Of a stretch of DNA of 64,000 nucleotides, positions 28,751-38,846 are shown piece by piece (the stretch's first letter is position 1; every line of letters starts with the position of its first letter). Made by a program: the position numbers and the translations under genes. The DNA is from Chloroflexota bacterium. Lineage in GTDB: Bacteria; Chloroflexota; UBA11872; VXNJ01. The DNA is taken from contig OZ253449.1 of NCBI GenBank assembly GCA_965261345.1, positions 320,001-384,000 on the forward strand, in the 5' to 3' direction. Under the pieces are notes generated by a model that was not told the DNA's origin, ran no database searches, and was given only the letters and a program-made list of their open reading frames with translations.

Positions 28751-31725
28751 CCACCGATACGAGCGAGCTTGGCCTTGAACGCCTGATCGTCGAGGCGATG
28801 ACGTGCGTCACACGCTCTCCCAACGGTGAGGTAGCCGGGACGCCCAATACGGACGGTGAGAGGCGCTGGATCGAGGGCAGCCCAAGTGACTACGACCGCG
28901 AGCATGCGATCGACCTGGTCCAATTCGCCGCGTTTCTCCGGGAGACCCAGCCCGATATTGCAACGGCACTCGACCTTGAGCAAGACGGGCCGACCCGGCG
29001 GAACTTCCTGGCGCGCCTGCAGGGCGAGGTCACAAAGCGCGGCACGATCGACGTGCTGCGCGCCGGCGTAAAGCACCGCCAGCACAATCTCGATCTTTTC
29101 TACGGGACGCCCAGCCCCGGGAACACGGCCGCCGCGGAGCGCTTCGCACTCAACCGTTTCACTGTTACAAGGCAGCTTCGCTACAGCAATGATGAGACGC
29201 AGCTCGCGCTTGACCTCGTTACCTTCATCAACGGGCTTCCGATATTCACGTTCGAGCTGAAGAACAATCTAACCAAGCAGACCGTGGCCGATGCGGTGCA
29301 GCAGTACCAGCGCGACCGCAACCCACGCGAATTGCTGTTCCAGCTGGGGCGGTGCGTCGCCCACTTCGCCGTAGACGACCAGGAGGTGCGGTTCTGCACG
29401 CACCTCACCGGCAAGGACTCCTGGTTCCTACCGTTCAATCGAGGCTGGAATGACGGAGCTGGTAACCCGCCGAACCCGAACGGAATCAAGACTGAATACT
29501 TGTGGAACCAGATCCTTTCGCCATCGGGACTCACCAACATCCTTGAGCGTTACGCTCAGGTGGTCGAGGAGCGAGACGACAAGACTGGCAAGAGGAAGCG
29601 GGTCCAGATCTTTCCGCGCTACCACCAACTCGCCGTGGTGCGGAAGCTACTTGCGGCGGCCGAGGAGCACGGAGCAGGGAAGCGCTATCTCGTGCAGCAT
29701 TCCGCTGGCAGCGGCAAAAGCAACTCCATCGCCTGGCTCGCCCACCAGGTCGTCGGGCTCGAACGCAGAGGCACACGGGTGTTCGATTCGGTAGTAGTTG
29801 TCACCGATCGCCGCATCCTCGACAGGCAGATCCGCGACACCATCAAACAGTTTGCCCAGGTCAGCGCCACGCTCGGCCACGCCAATCGTTCGGGCGATCT
29901 TCGTCGCTTCATCGAGGACGGTAAGAAGATCATCATCACGACCGTCCAGAAATTCCCGTTCGTGCTCGACGACATCGGAACGACGCACGCCGGCCGCAAC
30001 TTCGCAATCATCATCGACGAAGCCCATTCCAGCCAGGGTGGGAAGACCGCCGGGGCGATGAGCCGGGCACTTTTGGGTGCGGCCACCGACGACGACGAAA
30101 CGACCGAGGACATCATCAATCGACTGATGGAGTCGCGGCAGATGCTCCCCAACGCGAGCTATTTCGCGTTCACGGCCACGCCCAAGAACAAGACGCTGGA
30201 GATCTTCGGCGAGCGGTCGGAGAAAGCTGGTGAGCCCAAGTACCGGCCTTTCCACAGTTACACGATGAAGCAGGCGATCCAAGAAGGCTTCATCCTCGAC
30301 GTGCTCAAGTACTACACGCCGGTGAACAGCTACTACCGTCTCATAAAGACCGTGGAGATCGATCCGAAGTTCGACACGAAGCGCGCACACAAAAAACTCC
30401 GCCTATATGTCGAGGGCCACGAACATGCGATCCGACTCAAAGCAGAAATCATGGTCGATCACTTCCATGAGCAGGTGAGCGGCCTCAACAAAATCGGCGG
30501 CCAAGCTCGCGCGATGGTGGTAACCGGCGGCGTTGAACGCGCAATCCAGTACTTCCACCAAATCCGGAGCTATTTGCGAGAGCGCAAGAGCCCGTACGAG
30601 GCGATCGTCGCTTTCTCTGGCGAACACGAGTACCACAGCAGCATGGTCACTGAAGCGTCTCTCAACGGATTCCCGTCGAATGCTATCCCCGACAAGATTC
30701 AAGAGCACCCCTACCGGTTCCTGATCGCCGCCGACAAGTTCCAGACCGGCTACGACGAGCCGCTTCTCCACACGATGTACGTTGACAAGCCGCTGTCCGG
30801 CGTCAAGGCGGTTCAGACGCTCTCGCGCCTCAATCGCGCGCACCCCAAAAAGCACGACGCGTTCGTTCTCGATTTCTTGAACGATAGCGACAGCATCGAA
30901 CTCGCGTTCTCGGACTATTACCGGACGACGATCCTTAGCGGCGAGACCGACGCCAACAAACTACACGACCTCGTGGCTGCGCTCGCCGGTGCGGAAACCT
31001 ATTCCGAAGACCAGGTCAATGAGTTCGTGACGCGGTATCTCGCAGGTGCGGACGTAGAGCAACTGCACCCGATCCTCGACGCATGCGTTGCACGTTACAA
31101 GGAAGATCTCGACGAAGACGGGCAGGTCGGATTTAAGGGGAACGCGAAGGCTTTCACCCGAACGTATGGATTCCTATCCGCGATCTTGCCTTACACGAAC
31201 CCAGAGTGGGAAAAGTTGTCCATCTTCCTCAACTTCCTGATCCCGAAACTACCCGCACCGGAGGAGGACGACCTTTCGAAAGGCATTCTCGAGACGATAG
31301 ATATGGGCAGCTATCGCGTCGAAAAGCAGGCTGCGATCGCGATCCAGATTGCGGACTCCGATGCCGAGATCGACCCGGTGCCGACGAGTGTGGGTGGCGG
31401 CAAGCCCGAGCCAGAACTTGACCGACTCTCGAACATCGTTGCCGTGTTCAACGACGAATTTGGTGACATTTCTTGGGAGGATGCCGACCGAGTCCGCCAA
31501 TTGATCACCAAGGAGATCCCCGAACGTGTGGCGGCGGACACGGCTTTTCAGCACGCCAGAGCCAATTCAGACAAGCAGAACGCGCGGATCGAACATGACA
31601 AGGCCCTCGGGCGCGTCGTCCTCGACCTGATGAAGGACAACACGCAGCTCTTTAAGCAGTTCAGCGACAACGAGCAATTTAAGCGTTGGCTCGGTACAAC
31701 GGTGTTCGCCCTAACCTGCTCCTGA
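28747..31725 (+). CDS. hsdR: Type I restriction endonuclease subunit R
   Basis: DLVTFINGLPIFTFELK nuclease motif, QHSAGSGKS, IIDEAHSSQ, FTATP, FQTGYD and QTLSRLNR. Confidence 0.96.
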   Translation: MTTDTSELGLERLIVEAMTCVTRSPNGEVAGTPNTDGERRWIEGSPSDYDREHAIDLVQFAAFLRETQPDIATALDLEQDGPTRRNFLARLQGEVTKRGTIDVLRAGVKHRQHNLDLFYGTPSPGNTAAAERFALNRFTVTRQLRYSNDETQLALDLVTFINGLPIFTFELKNNLTKQTVADAVQQYQRDRNPRELLFQLGRCVAHFAVDDQEVRFCTHLTGKDSWFLPFNRGWNDGAGNPPNPNGIKTEYLWNQILSPSGLTNILERYAQVVEERDDKTGKRKRVQIFPRYHQLAVVRKLLAAAEEHGAGKRYLVQHSAGSGKSNSIAWLAHQVVGLERRGTRVFDSVVVVTDRRILDRQIRDTIKQFAQVSATLGHANRSGDLRRFIEDGKKIIITTVQKFPFVLDDIGTTHAGRNFAIIIDEAHSSQGGKTAGAMSRALLGAATDDDETTEDIINRLMESRQMLPNASYFAFTATPKNKTLEIFGERSEKAGEPKYRPFHSYTMKQAIQEGFILDVLKYYTPVNSYYRLIKTVEIDPKFDTKRAHKKLRLYVEGHEHAIRLKAEIMVDHFHEQVSGLNKIGGQARAMVVTGGVERAIQYFHQIRSYLRERKSPYEAIVAFSGEHEYHSSMVTEASLNGFPSNAIPDKIQEHPYRFLIAADKFQTGYDEPLLHTMYVDKPLSGVKAVQTLSRLNRAHPKKHDAFVLDFLNDSDSIELAFSDYYRTTILSGETDANKLHDLVAALAGAETYSEDQVNEFVTRYLAGADVEQLHPILDACVARYKEDLDEDGQVGFKGNAKAFTRTYGFLSAILPYTNPEWEKLSIFLNFLIPKLPAPEEDDLSKGILETIDMGSYRVEKQAAIAIQIADSDAEIDPVPTSVGGGKPEPELDRLSNIVAVFNDEFGDISWEDADRVRQLITKEIPERVAADTAFQHARANSDKQNARIEHDKALGRVVLDLMKDNTQLFKQFSDNEQFKRWLGTTVFALTCS

Positions 31726-31899
31726 GGCTCATGTTCCGTGCTTGGGCGAATTTCTCGACCACAGGGCTTTGTGGCGCCGCCTCCGGCGGACCTTTAGCAA
31801 TTCCATAGCGGCGGTACGCGCACGGATCGGAGAACATGCAGCCCTGGATTGCGACGTGCCCTCAAAGTTGGTACAACGGTGTCCAATTCGGGTCCCCAT

Positions 31900-32040
31900 C
31901 GCGCATTTGTCGCTCTTGGTCGCCCGCACGTAGCGGCCCCGAAAAGCGGTCAGCAGCTCCTTCCGCGCCGCCCGGCTCAGCTTCTTGCCTGCCATCGGTT
32001 GCCTCCCTACGGATTTGGGTTACAAATCTTGTGCGGCAAC
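31900..32040 (-). mobile_element. Truncated IS: left end plus about 30 N-terminal codons of a DDE integrase-type transposase
   Basis: ATG 31995 with GGGAGG RBS gives MAGKKLSRAARKELLTAFRGRYVRATKSDK. From memory this resembles the R.EL...RY..A.K.EK.RILDEF start of ISNCY-like integrases, and the similarity then breaks. gttgcc...ggcaac inverted motif at 31998-32040. Confidence 0.6.
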
Positions 32041-32189
32041 GGCCCTGTTTGGGTTGCAAAAACAGCGAGTCAATGCGCCGGCAAAAATGGTTGTCGCTGT
32101 TCACCGGAATTTGCGCGTCTGCCGACCGCGGTGCCCGGCAGGGAATTGGCGTATTCGCGCCGCTCTTCCAGGGTGCCGGATCCCAGGTG

Positions 32190-32460
32190 CCAACCAACGC
32201 GCCGCCAGGCGTCGGTCTGGAAGGCGGTTCAGCAGGCCAAGCGGAAGGGGTTGTCACTGAGGGCGATTGCCTGTCAGCTGGGGATTTGGCGGATGACGGT
32301 AGCAAAAAACGCCCGCTCCAGCAGCCCGCCACTGAACCGGTTTGGCATGTTGGCATGGGAGAGGCTGGCGTCAATGGAGCGCTACTAGGAAATGCAACCG
32401 TTCCCGTCCACCGACATTCTCCCTGATCAATTGGACTGACATAGTCGCTGAGCGTCGACA
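32190..32460 (+). mobile_element. IS remnant: C-terminal HTH of a transposase plus right end (IS481/IS1202-like)
   Basis: WKAVQQAKRKGLSLRAIACQLGIWRMTVAK is an HTH pattern with stop at 32388. Two gacat...ctga repeats (32413, 32438) follow, ending in GACA at 32460. Confidence 0.6.
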
Positions 32461-32470
32461 GAATTACACG

Positions 32471-33250
32471 CTAGGCGCGGCCGCGCAGGATCACCTCAGG
32501 TGGATGCTCTGAGAAGTCCGGGCCATCGTACCAGTCCAAGTTCTCCACCGGCATTGCGTTGCCATAGGTGGGAACCTTGCCGCCGGCGGCGGCCACGTGG
32601 CGGATGCCGTTTGCAACCACCTGCAGGACCTCGGCGTTGTGGTAGATCGGGAGGGTCTCATGTCCGGGCCGGAAATAGAAGATCTTGCCGGCGCCGCGGT
32701 AGAAGACACAACCTGAACGAAACACTTCTCCACCCTGGAACCAGCTGACGAACACCAATTCGTCGGGAGCCGGGATGTCGAAATGCTCACCGTACATTTC
32801 AGTCTGTTCAATCTCGATGTATTCGCCCAACCCGGCGGCGATGGGGTGGGCCGGATTGACCACCCAGATGCGTTCGCGCTCGTCGGCCTCGCGCCACTTG
32901 AGCCAGCAAGTCGTGCCCATGAGTTTCTTAAATATCTTCGAGAGGTGGCCCGAGTGCAGAACCAAAAGCCCCATCCCGTTCATGACACGATCGTGAACCC
33001 GTTCGACCACTTCATCGGCAACTTCGCCGTGGGCGACATGGCCCCACCAAAGCAGGACATCGGTCTGGTCCAAGACCGACTGGGTCAGGCCGTGTTCGGG
33101 CTCGTCAAGGGTCGCGGTCGCAAGCGCCATATCGGCATTGGGGGCAAGTCCGGCGGCGAGCGCCCCGTGAATCCCGTCGGGGTAGATGTCCGCAATCTTG
33201 GCGCTGTTGCGCTCGTGCCGGTATTCGTTCCAGATCGTTACGTTGATCAT
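32471..33250 (-). CDS. thuA: ThuA-domain (trehalose utilization-like) protein
   Basis: [48 protein letters not shown] and YFRPGHE motifs. Confidence 0.9.
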   Translation of the reverse strand: MINVTIWNEYRHERNSAKIADIYPDGIHGALAAGLAPNADMALATATLDEPEHGLTQSVLDQTDVLLWWGHVAHGEVADEVVERVHDRVMNGMGLLVLHSGHLSKIFKKLMGTTCWLKWREADERERIWVVNPAHPIAAGLGEYIEIEQTEMYGEHFDIPAPDELVFVSWFQGGEVFRSGCVFYRGAGKIFYFRPGHETLPIYHNAEVLQVVANGIRHVAAAGGKVPTYGNAMPVENLDWYDGPDFSEHPPEVILRGRA

Positions 33251-33328
33251 CGCGGTCGCCCTGTCGGGTTAGAAGGTGCCGAGGCCGCGCAGCACGGAAA
33301 TTGGCCGGGCCGCATGGATGTGGATGGC

Positions 33329-34486
33329 CTAATTTTGCTTTGGCCGGGCATCGCCTGCGCCACGCCCAAGCAGGCGCGCGAGCCCGGCATCGTCAGCGAG
33401 TAGACAAGCCAGCCGGTCGCGGTCGACCTGATCGGGAGCCGATTGGGCGAGTTGGGAGAGCAGATGGCGTGCTTCGGCCAGGTGCCGGCGGCGGCGCAGG
33501 CGTCGATGCAGCGCGGCGGTGACGGCCAGTAGGATCGCTATGATTGTCAGCCCGGCTGCCAGCGGGCGACCGTCCAGGGCGGTCACAAATCGGTCGATGG
33601 CGCCAAAATTCGGATCGCTGACCGCAAGCATCAGAATTCGTCCGGCCGGCAACGAATCGGCCCCCCATTGACTTAAGGCAGCGCGTTCGGACATTTGCAG
33701 ACCCGGACCCCGTTCCAACCAGGGCGCCGCAAGCGACAACTGGTTCTCCACCGCCCAGGCGCTGAGCCGCTCGACCGGGGCCGACGGAGTAATCGCAAAT
33801 TCTTGGCCGGCGGCGACAAACGGGAATTGATATTCGACGGAAAACGTCGACTGCCCGGGGGCCAGCGTCGCGGTCCCGGCTATCGCCCGGCCATCGTCGG
33901 CCAGCTCCCAAGTCGCCGGACCGCTGAGCGCCCGGAAGTTGCTGGTTGTTGGTGGAAGATCAAGCCGCAGGTAGGAATCTCCGGCGTCTACCAGCAGGGC
34001 CGCCCGCCCCGGCAGATCAAACGTCAGGGTGTGGACCACGCGGAGGGCGCTGCCGGAGGCGGCCAGGGCGAAAACCAGCGAATAGTCGGCTATCGTCAGC
34101 CCCGGGTCCTGGGTCGTGGTCGCAAAAACTTCCAACTCCAACCTGGACTGGGAAGAATCGGCGAATGCGACCGGAGCGCTAGTAAAGCTTCCTCCCTGAT
34201 AGCTTCCGCTGGCAACATAGACCCACCCGGACTCGGTTGCAAGCCCACCAAAAATCGCCTGGCCGGGCTGATCGGTAACAAAATCACTTCGCGTCCAAGC
34301 CAGCACCTCGTTCTCAAATGCCAGCAGCTGGAGATCGATTTCGGTTACCAGCACGCTCTCGGGAGTATTGCCGATCACGGTCACGACGATTTCGCCACCA
34401 GGTTCCTGCGCCATGCTGTCGCCAAATACCCCGATCAGCGTCAATGCCGCCGCAAGCGCCAGCGCAAGGATCGATCGACGGGTCAG
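33329..34486 (-). CDS. Hypothetical exported, C-terminally membrane-anchored protein at the end of the ccm operon
   Basis: Beta-rich body, then a C-terminal TM followed by a basic RRLRRRR segment. A signal peptide appears only if started at CTG 34486; the ORF track start is TTG 34444. Confidence 0.75.
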   Translation of the reverse strand: MTRRSILALALAAALTLIGVFGDSMAQEPGGEIVVTVIGNTPESVLVTEIDLQLLAFENEVLAWTRSDFVTDQPGQAIFGGLATESGWVYVASGSYQGGSFTSAPVAFADSSQSRLELEVFATTTQDPGLTIADYSLVFALAASGSALRVVHTLTFDLPGRAALLVDAGDSYLRLDLPPTTSNFRALSGPATWELADDGRAIAGTATLAPGQSTFSVEYQFPFVAAGQEFAITPSAPVERLSAWAVENQLSLAAPWLERGPGLQMSERAALSQWGADSLPAGRILMLAVSDPNFGAIDRFVTALDGRPLAAGLTIIAILLAVTAALHRRLRRRRHLAEARHLLSQLAQSAPDQVDRDRLACLLADDAGLARLLGRGAGDARPKQN

Positions 34487-35544
34487 TTCCAGGTTCGGCC
34501 GCCGTTGGAACTGCGGTAGATTGCGCCATCGTCAGCGAGCGCCCAAAGTGCGCGTTGCCCCGCGTTGGCGCCCAGCACCGCGACCGGAGCAAAGCCGGTT
34601 GGCAGGCGATTCCAGGACAGCCCACCGTCGAGCGAGCGGAACAGTCCGGCGGCGGTAGCGGCGTACAACGCTCCGCTAAAACTGCTCCCGCCGGCCCCGC
34701 TGAAGGTGTCACCACTATCGGGGTCGTAATCGATATCGCGGATGTCAACCGTCGGCAGAGCACCGTTGACAAACCCGTTGGCTCCCGCCCAGCCAGAATT
34801 TCCATCGCCAACCAGCACTCCCTGGACCCGGGTTGCTGCCCAGATTCGCCCATCCCGATCACTAATCGATAACGCGCTAAGACCAGTTGGCGCCCGATCC
34901 AGCGCCCTCTGCCAGGTAGAACCGCCGTCGTTGGAAAGGTAGAGCTGTCGATCACCGGTCGCCAGCGCCAGTCGGCGGCCGCTGCGCGAGGCCCCGACCA
35001 CCTGGACGTCCTCGGGCACTTTGATCGCCGATCGAATGCCATCGTTTAGGCCGATGATTACCCGGTCGGCAGCCAGCAGCAGGCCATCGCCGGCTAGCGC
35101 AAACGGCTGGGGGTCGACCCCGGCCACCCGGGTCGGTCCGGTCCCTCCAAACCCGCCGCGCCACACGCCCTCGCTGGTGCCAACTATCAGCTCGCCGGCC
35201 GAAGGATCAAGCAGCAGGTCACCGGACGGCTGACCCGCGAACTGGGCAACCGGGACAGCTATCGTTTCGTCCCCGGTTCGAAGCGCGGCGACCGCCAACA
35301 GCACCGCCAATCCAACGAACGCAGCGGCGCCGAGCAGGAATACCAATTGGCCGCGCTCGAATCTAAACAAGCGATGGCCGCGACCCGAGAGGGTTCCCGA
35401 CACTGGCGGCGCCAGCAGGTTGGCAACCGTTGCCTGGGGCAATCGCGACGGATCGGGTCGCGACTGGGGAAGCAGCGGCTCGATCGCCAGGCCCAACCCA
35501 ACCACGACGGTCAATCCCAGCAGGATTGCCAGGTATATGGTCAT
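34483..35544 (-). CDS. Membrane-anchored BNR/Asp-box (beta-propeller-like) repeat protein
   Basis: Two N-terminal TM helices; Asp-box repeats YLSNDGGSTW, FRSLDGGLSW and YRSSNGGRTW. Confidence 0.8.
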   Translation of the reverse strand: MTIYLAILLGLTVVVGLGLAIEPLLPQSRPDPSRLPQATVANLLAPPVSGTLSGRGHRLFRFERGQLVFLLGAAAFVGLAVLLAVAALRTGDETIAVPVAQFAGQPSGDLLLDPSAGELIVGTSEGVWRGGFGGTGPTRVAGVDPQPFALAGDGLLLAADRVIIGLNDGIRSAIKVPEDVQVVGASRSGRRLALATGDRQLYLSNDGGSTWQRALDRAPTGLSALSISDRDGRIWAATRVQGVLVGDGNSGWAGANGFVNGALPTVDIRDIDYDPDSGDTFSGAGGSSFSGALYAATAAGLFRSLDGGLSWNRLPTGFAPVAVLGANAGQRALWALADDGAIYRSSNGGRTWN

Positions 35545-35933
35545 TTCGTCCGCCGCCGGGTGGGCAATTTCCAGCTAAAGCGGGAGGCTGCCAAAACCAG
35601 CCCTGTGGCGATGACTACCACCGGCCCGATCCAGACCCAGAGTTGCGGCCCCGATTTGGGCGGGTCGAGCAGGATCTCTTCCCCGTAGCGGTCCACCAAA
35701 TAGGCGATGATTTCACGTTCGCTGCGCCCAAGGTCCAACTGTTCGGCGATAACCTGGCGCATCTGGACCGCCAATTGCGCGTTCGAGTCCTTAACGCTCT
35801 GGCCGGCGCATACCGGGCAGGCCAGCTGGCCGGCGATCGCCCAAATCTGCTCCTGTCGCGCATCGGCCTTGACCGGAAATGCCAAAACGGCCAGCAGCAG
35901 CAGTGCCAGCAACGTTCCCAATCGCAGATTCAA
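35541..35933 (-). CDS. ccmH: Cytochrome c biogenesis protein CcmH/CcmL
   Basis: LACPVCAGQSVKDSNA.LA..MR and YLVDRYGE.ILL.P, then a TM; TTG 35933 overlaps the ccmF stop. Confidence 0.92.
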   Translation of the reverse strand: MNLRLGTLLALLLLAVLAFPVKADARQEQIWAIAGQLACPVCAGQSVKDSNAQLAVQMRQVIAEQLDLGRSEREIIAYLVDRYGEEILLDPPKSGPQLWVWIGPVVVIATGLVLAASRFSWKLPTRRRTK

Positions 35934-37930
35934 TTCGGGCCCTGGGGCCCCTGCTGCCATTCCAACCGCAATTCGCGTCCGCGCCGGCCCGGCTCGGCCA
36001 GCGAAGGCGCCGCCCCCGGCCAGAAGACGATAAGCACTGCCAGCAGGAAGATTGACCCGCCGACCCACATCCAGCCGATGGCCGGATTGATTAGGACCCG
36101 CAGCGACACGTTGTCAAAACTCTCGTCCCAGCCGGCCAGGACCACGTAGAGGTCGTCAAGTTGCGGCAAATCAGTCAATATGCCCACGTCGGAAACTGGC
36201 TGGCTCTCCCAGCCGGCGTGGACGCGTCGGCTTGCCACCAACTGCCGCTCAGATCCCGCTGTGGCAACCTCCAGATTGGCGACAAAGTGGGTTACTGCAG
36301 GTTGGCTGGATACATCGATCCCACGGAAAGTGATCTCGTAGTCCCCGACCCGGGCGCTCTCATCCATTGCAAGCGTCAGCGCCCGTTCGGTCTGAAAACC
36401 GGCGGTGCCGATCGCCCCAACCGCAACCAAGACGATGCCCAGATGGACCAGATATCCGCCCCAGCGGCGGCGATCGGCCCCCAGCGAGAACAAACCGCGC
36501 GCCGCGCCCGCGCGCACTGCCAGACCGGTTTCGAACAGGATCGCCAGCACGGTAAAGACACAGGCTCCAATCGCCACCAACAGCAACGCCCGGCCCACTC
36601 CGGAAACCAAAAACACGCCGCCGACGACCGCCGCTACCGCCAGGGCCGGACCGGCGCGCCGCCAGAACCGGCGCGCCGGTGTCACCCGCCAGGCCAGCAG
36701 CGGACCGACTCCGGCCAGCGCCACCAGGCCAACCAGCAACGGCCCGTTTACCTGGCCGTAGAACGGCGCCCCGACCGAAACCTGGCGTCCGGTAACAAGC
36801 TCGGCGATCAGCGGAAAAATTGTCCCCCAGAAGGTCGTGGCGGCAACCGATGCGAGCAGCAGGTTGTTGAGCAGAAACCCGGATTCGCGCGAGGTCACGG
36901 ATTCGAAACGTCGGCCGCTGCCGAGCAGCGGAGCACGATAGATCATCAACATGAGGGCGATCGTAAGCAGAATCCCGAACCAGGCGAAGAAATAGGGTCC
37001 GATCAGCGATTGGGCAAACGAGTGAACCGAGGTAAGTACCCCTGATCTGACGACAAAAGTCCCAAAGACTGCCAGCACGTAGCAGAGCAGGCAGAGCGCC
37101 AGGTTCCAGGTCTTTAGCATCCCGATCCGTTCCTGGACCATTGCTGAGTGCAGGTAGGCGGTGGCCAGCAACCAGGGGATAAGGGCGACATTCTCAACCG
37201 GATCCCAGCCCCAGAAGCCTCCCCACCCCAGGACGCGATAGGCCCACCAGGCTCCGAGGATGAGACCGGCCCCTTGAAGCGCCCAGGCCAGGAGCATCCA
37301 AGGGCGGTTGACGGCCAGCCATTCGGTGCCTACCCGCCCGGTTGCCAGGGCCGCGATGGCGATCGCAAAGGGGGTTACGAAACTCACGTAACCGGCCGTG
37401 AGCAACGGAGGATGAATCTGCATGGCCAAGTCCCAGAGCAACGGATTGAGTCCGCGCCCGTTAGTGGGAATCGGCACGAGCCGCTCAAACGGCGAACTCT
37501 CAAATACCAGGATCAATAAAAAGAACAGCAGCACGGCCGCCAGCACCGCCCCGACGTAGGGCCCGAATGCCGGCAGGCGCCGCCAGACTAGGGGCACCGC
37601 GATGCCGGCGTGCAGCGAAGTTAGCCAGGCCCACAGCAAAAGCGATCCGGCCTGCCCGCCCCAGATGGCAGAAAAGGTCAATCCGGCCGGCATGTCAGAA
37701 GAGGATTGCTCGGCCACCGAGCGGATCGCGAATTCACCCGCCAGAAACGCCGCGGCCAGGATTCCGATGGCCACCGTGGTGGCCAGGGCCGCCCCCGCCA
37801 AGCTGCCGCGGGCCGATCGCGACAGTCGATCGTCGTGCTGCCAGATCGCCAGCGCCTGGGAGGCCAGCCCGTAGGCGGCAAACGCCAGGGCCATCAGCAG
37901 GGCGAAGCGCCCGAGCGCGGCCAGATCCAT
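35930..37930 (-). CDS. ccmF: Heme lyase CcmF
   Basis: WGGQAGSLLLW, GLNPLL...IHPP, WGGFWGWDPVEN, YLHS, SVHSF, VSVGAPFY and LVHLG motifs. Confidence 0.96.
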   Translation of the reverse strand: MDLAALGRFALLMALAFAAYGLASQALAIWQHDDRLSRSARGSLAGAALATTVAIGILAAAFLAGEFAIRSVAEQSSSDMPAGLTFSAIWGGQAGSLLLWAWLTSLHAGIAVPLVWRRLPAFGPYVGAVLAAVLLFFLLILVFESSPFERLVPIPTNGRGLNPLLWDLAMQIHPPLLTAGYVSFVTPFAIAIAALATGRVGTEWLAVNRPWMLLAWALQGAGLILGAWWAYRVLGWGGFWGWDPVENVALIPWLLATAYLHSAMVQERIGMLKTWNLALCLLCYVLAVFGTFVVRSGVLTSVHSFAQSLIGPYFFAWFGILLTIALMLMIYRAPLLGSGRRFESVTSRESGFLLNNLLLASVAATTFWGTIFPLIAELVTGRQVSVGAPFYGQVNGPLLVGLVALAGVGPLLAWRVTPARRFWRRAGPALAVAAVVGGVFLVSGVGRALLLVAIGACVFTVLAILFETGLAVRAGAARGLFSLGADRRRWGGYLVHLGIVLVAVGAIGTAGFQTERALTLAMDESARVGDYEITFRGIDVSSQPAVTHFVANLEVATAGSERQLVASRRVHAGWESQPVSDVGILTDLPQLDDLYVVLAGWDESFDNVSLRVLINPAIGWMWVGGSIFLLAVLIVFWPGAAPSLAEPGRRGRELRLEWQQGPQGPN

Positions 37931-38008
37931 CGCGGCAGTTAGCGATCGCCGCCGGCTGGGGGCCCAGCCTGCGGTAGGGAACCCGTCAGTAGGGCCCAGC
38001 GACGGGAA

Positions 38009-38173
38009 TTAAGCGTGACCGTGATCGCTATCCGATCGGGCCGCGCGGCGGGCAAGCTCGACCCCAATTGCCCGCCAGCGACCGCTGGCGTGAATACCCC
38101 ACACCGCCAGGCAAATGAAAACCGACCCGTACCCGATCAGCGCCATGACCATATTGCCGCTCCCATCGTCCAC
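38009..38173 (-). CDS. ccmD: CcmD-like small single-TM protein
   Basis: 54 aa lying between ccmC and ccmF; GY-containing TM followed by a basic tail. Assignment rests on position and topology. Confidence 0.55.
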   Translation of the reverse strand: MDDGSGNMVMALIGYGSVFICLAVWGIHASGRWRAIGVELARRAARSDSDHGHA

Positions 38174-38174
38174 G

Positions 38175-38846
38175 CTAGGCCGTCCCCTCGATTTCGTCGG
38201 TGGCGCGCTCGATCCCGATCTGCAGCCAGAGCATCCAGCCCCAGAGCAGCAGGACCGCAATAGCGGCCACGATCAGGGTATGGGCCATCGCCGGCGGAAG
38301 TCCAGGGGAATCGGGGGCCACGACAGTGGGGGGTGGATGCAGGGTTCGCCACCAATAGGCGGCCATGTAATTGACCGGCACGATGCCCAGCCCGAGCAGA
38401 CCGGCGTAGGCGGCCAACCGCTGGCGGAGCTGGGGTTGGTCGACCCAGCTGCGCAGCAGCAGATAACCGGCTTGGACGAACCACATCACCAACGTGGTCG
38501 TCAATCTGGCATCCCAGGTCCACCAAACACCCCAGACCGCCCGCCCCCAGATCGCTCCACTGGCCAACACCGCGGTGGTAAAAAACACCCCTACCAGTGC
38601 TGCCGAACGGGCGACCCGGTCCATCCGCTCCGATCGCCAAATGAGCGTCCCGATGCTGGCCCCCGCGGTGACCAGGAAGGAAAGATAGGCCGCCGCCGCG
38701 CTGCCCACGTGGACGTAGAGGATCTTCTGCGCGTCGCCCTGGACCGCCTCGCGCGGTGCATAGAGAACTATTGCCACCAGCGCCAGGAGCAATACCGCTG
38801 CCACAATCGCGGAAAAAATCCGGGGCGGCGCGGAACGCTCAATCAT
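38175..38846 (-). CDS. ccmC: Heme exporter/chaperone-loading protein CcmC
   Basis: KILYVHV, WGRAVWGVWWTWDARL (WWD domain) and WWRTLHP; ATG 38846 overlaps the upstream stop. Confidence 0.94.
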   Translation of the reverse strand: MIERSAPPRIFSAIVAAVLLLALVAIVLYAPREAVQGDAQKILYVHVGSAAAAYLSFLVTAGASIGTLIWRSERMDRVARSAALVGVFFTTAVLASGAIWGRAVWGVWWTWDARLTTTLVMWFVQAGYLLLRSWVDQPQLRQRLAAYAGLLGLGIVPVNYMAAYWWRTLHPPPTVVAPDSPGLPPAMAHTLIVAAIAVLLLWGWMLWLQIGIERATDEIEGTA

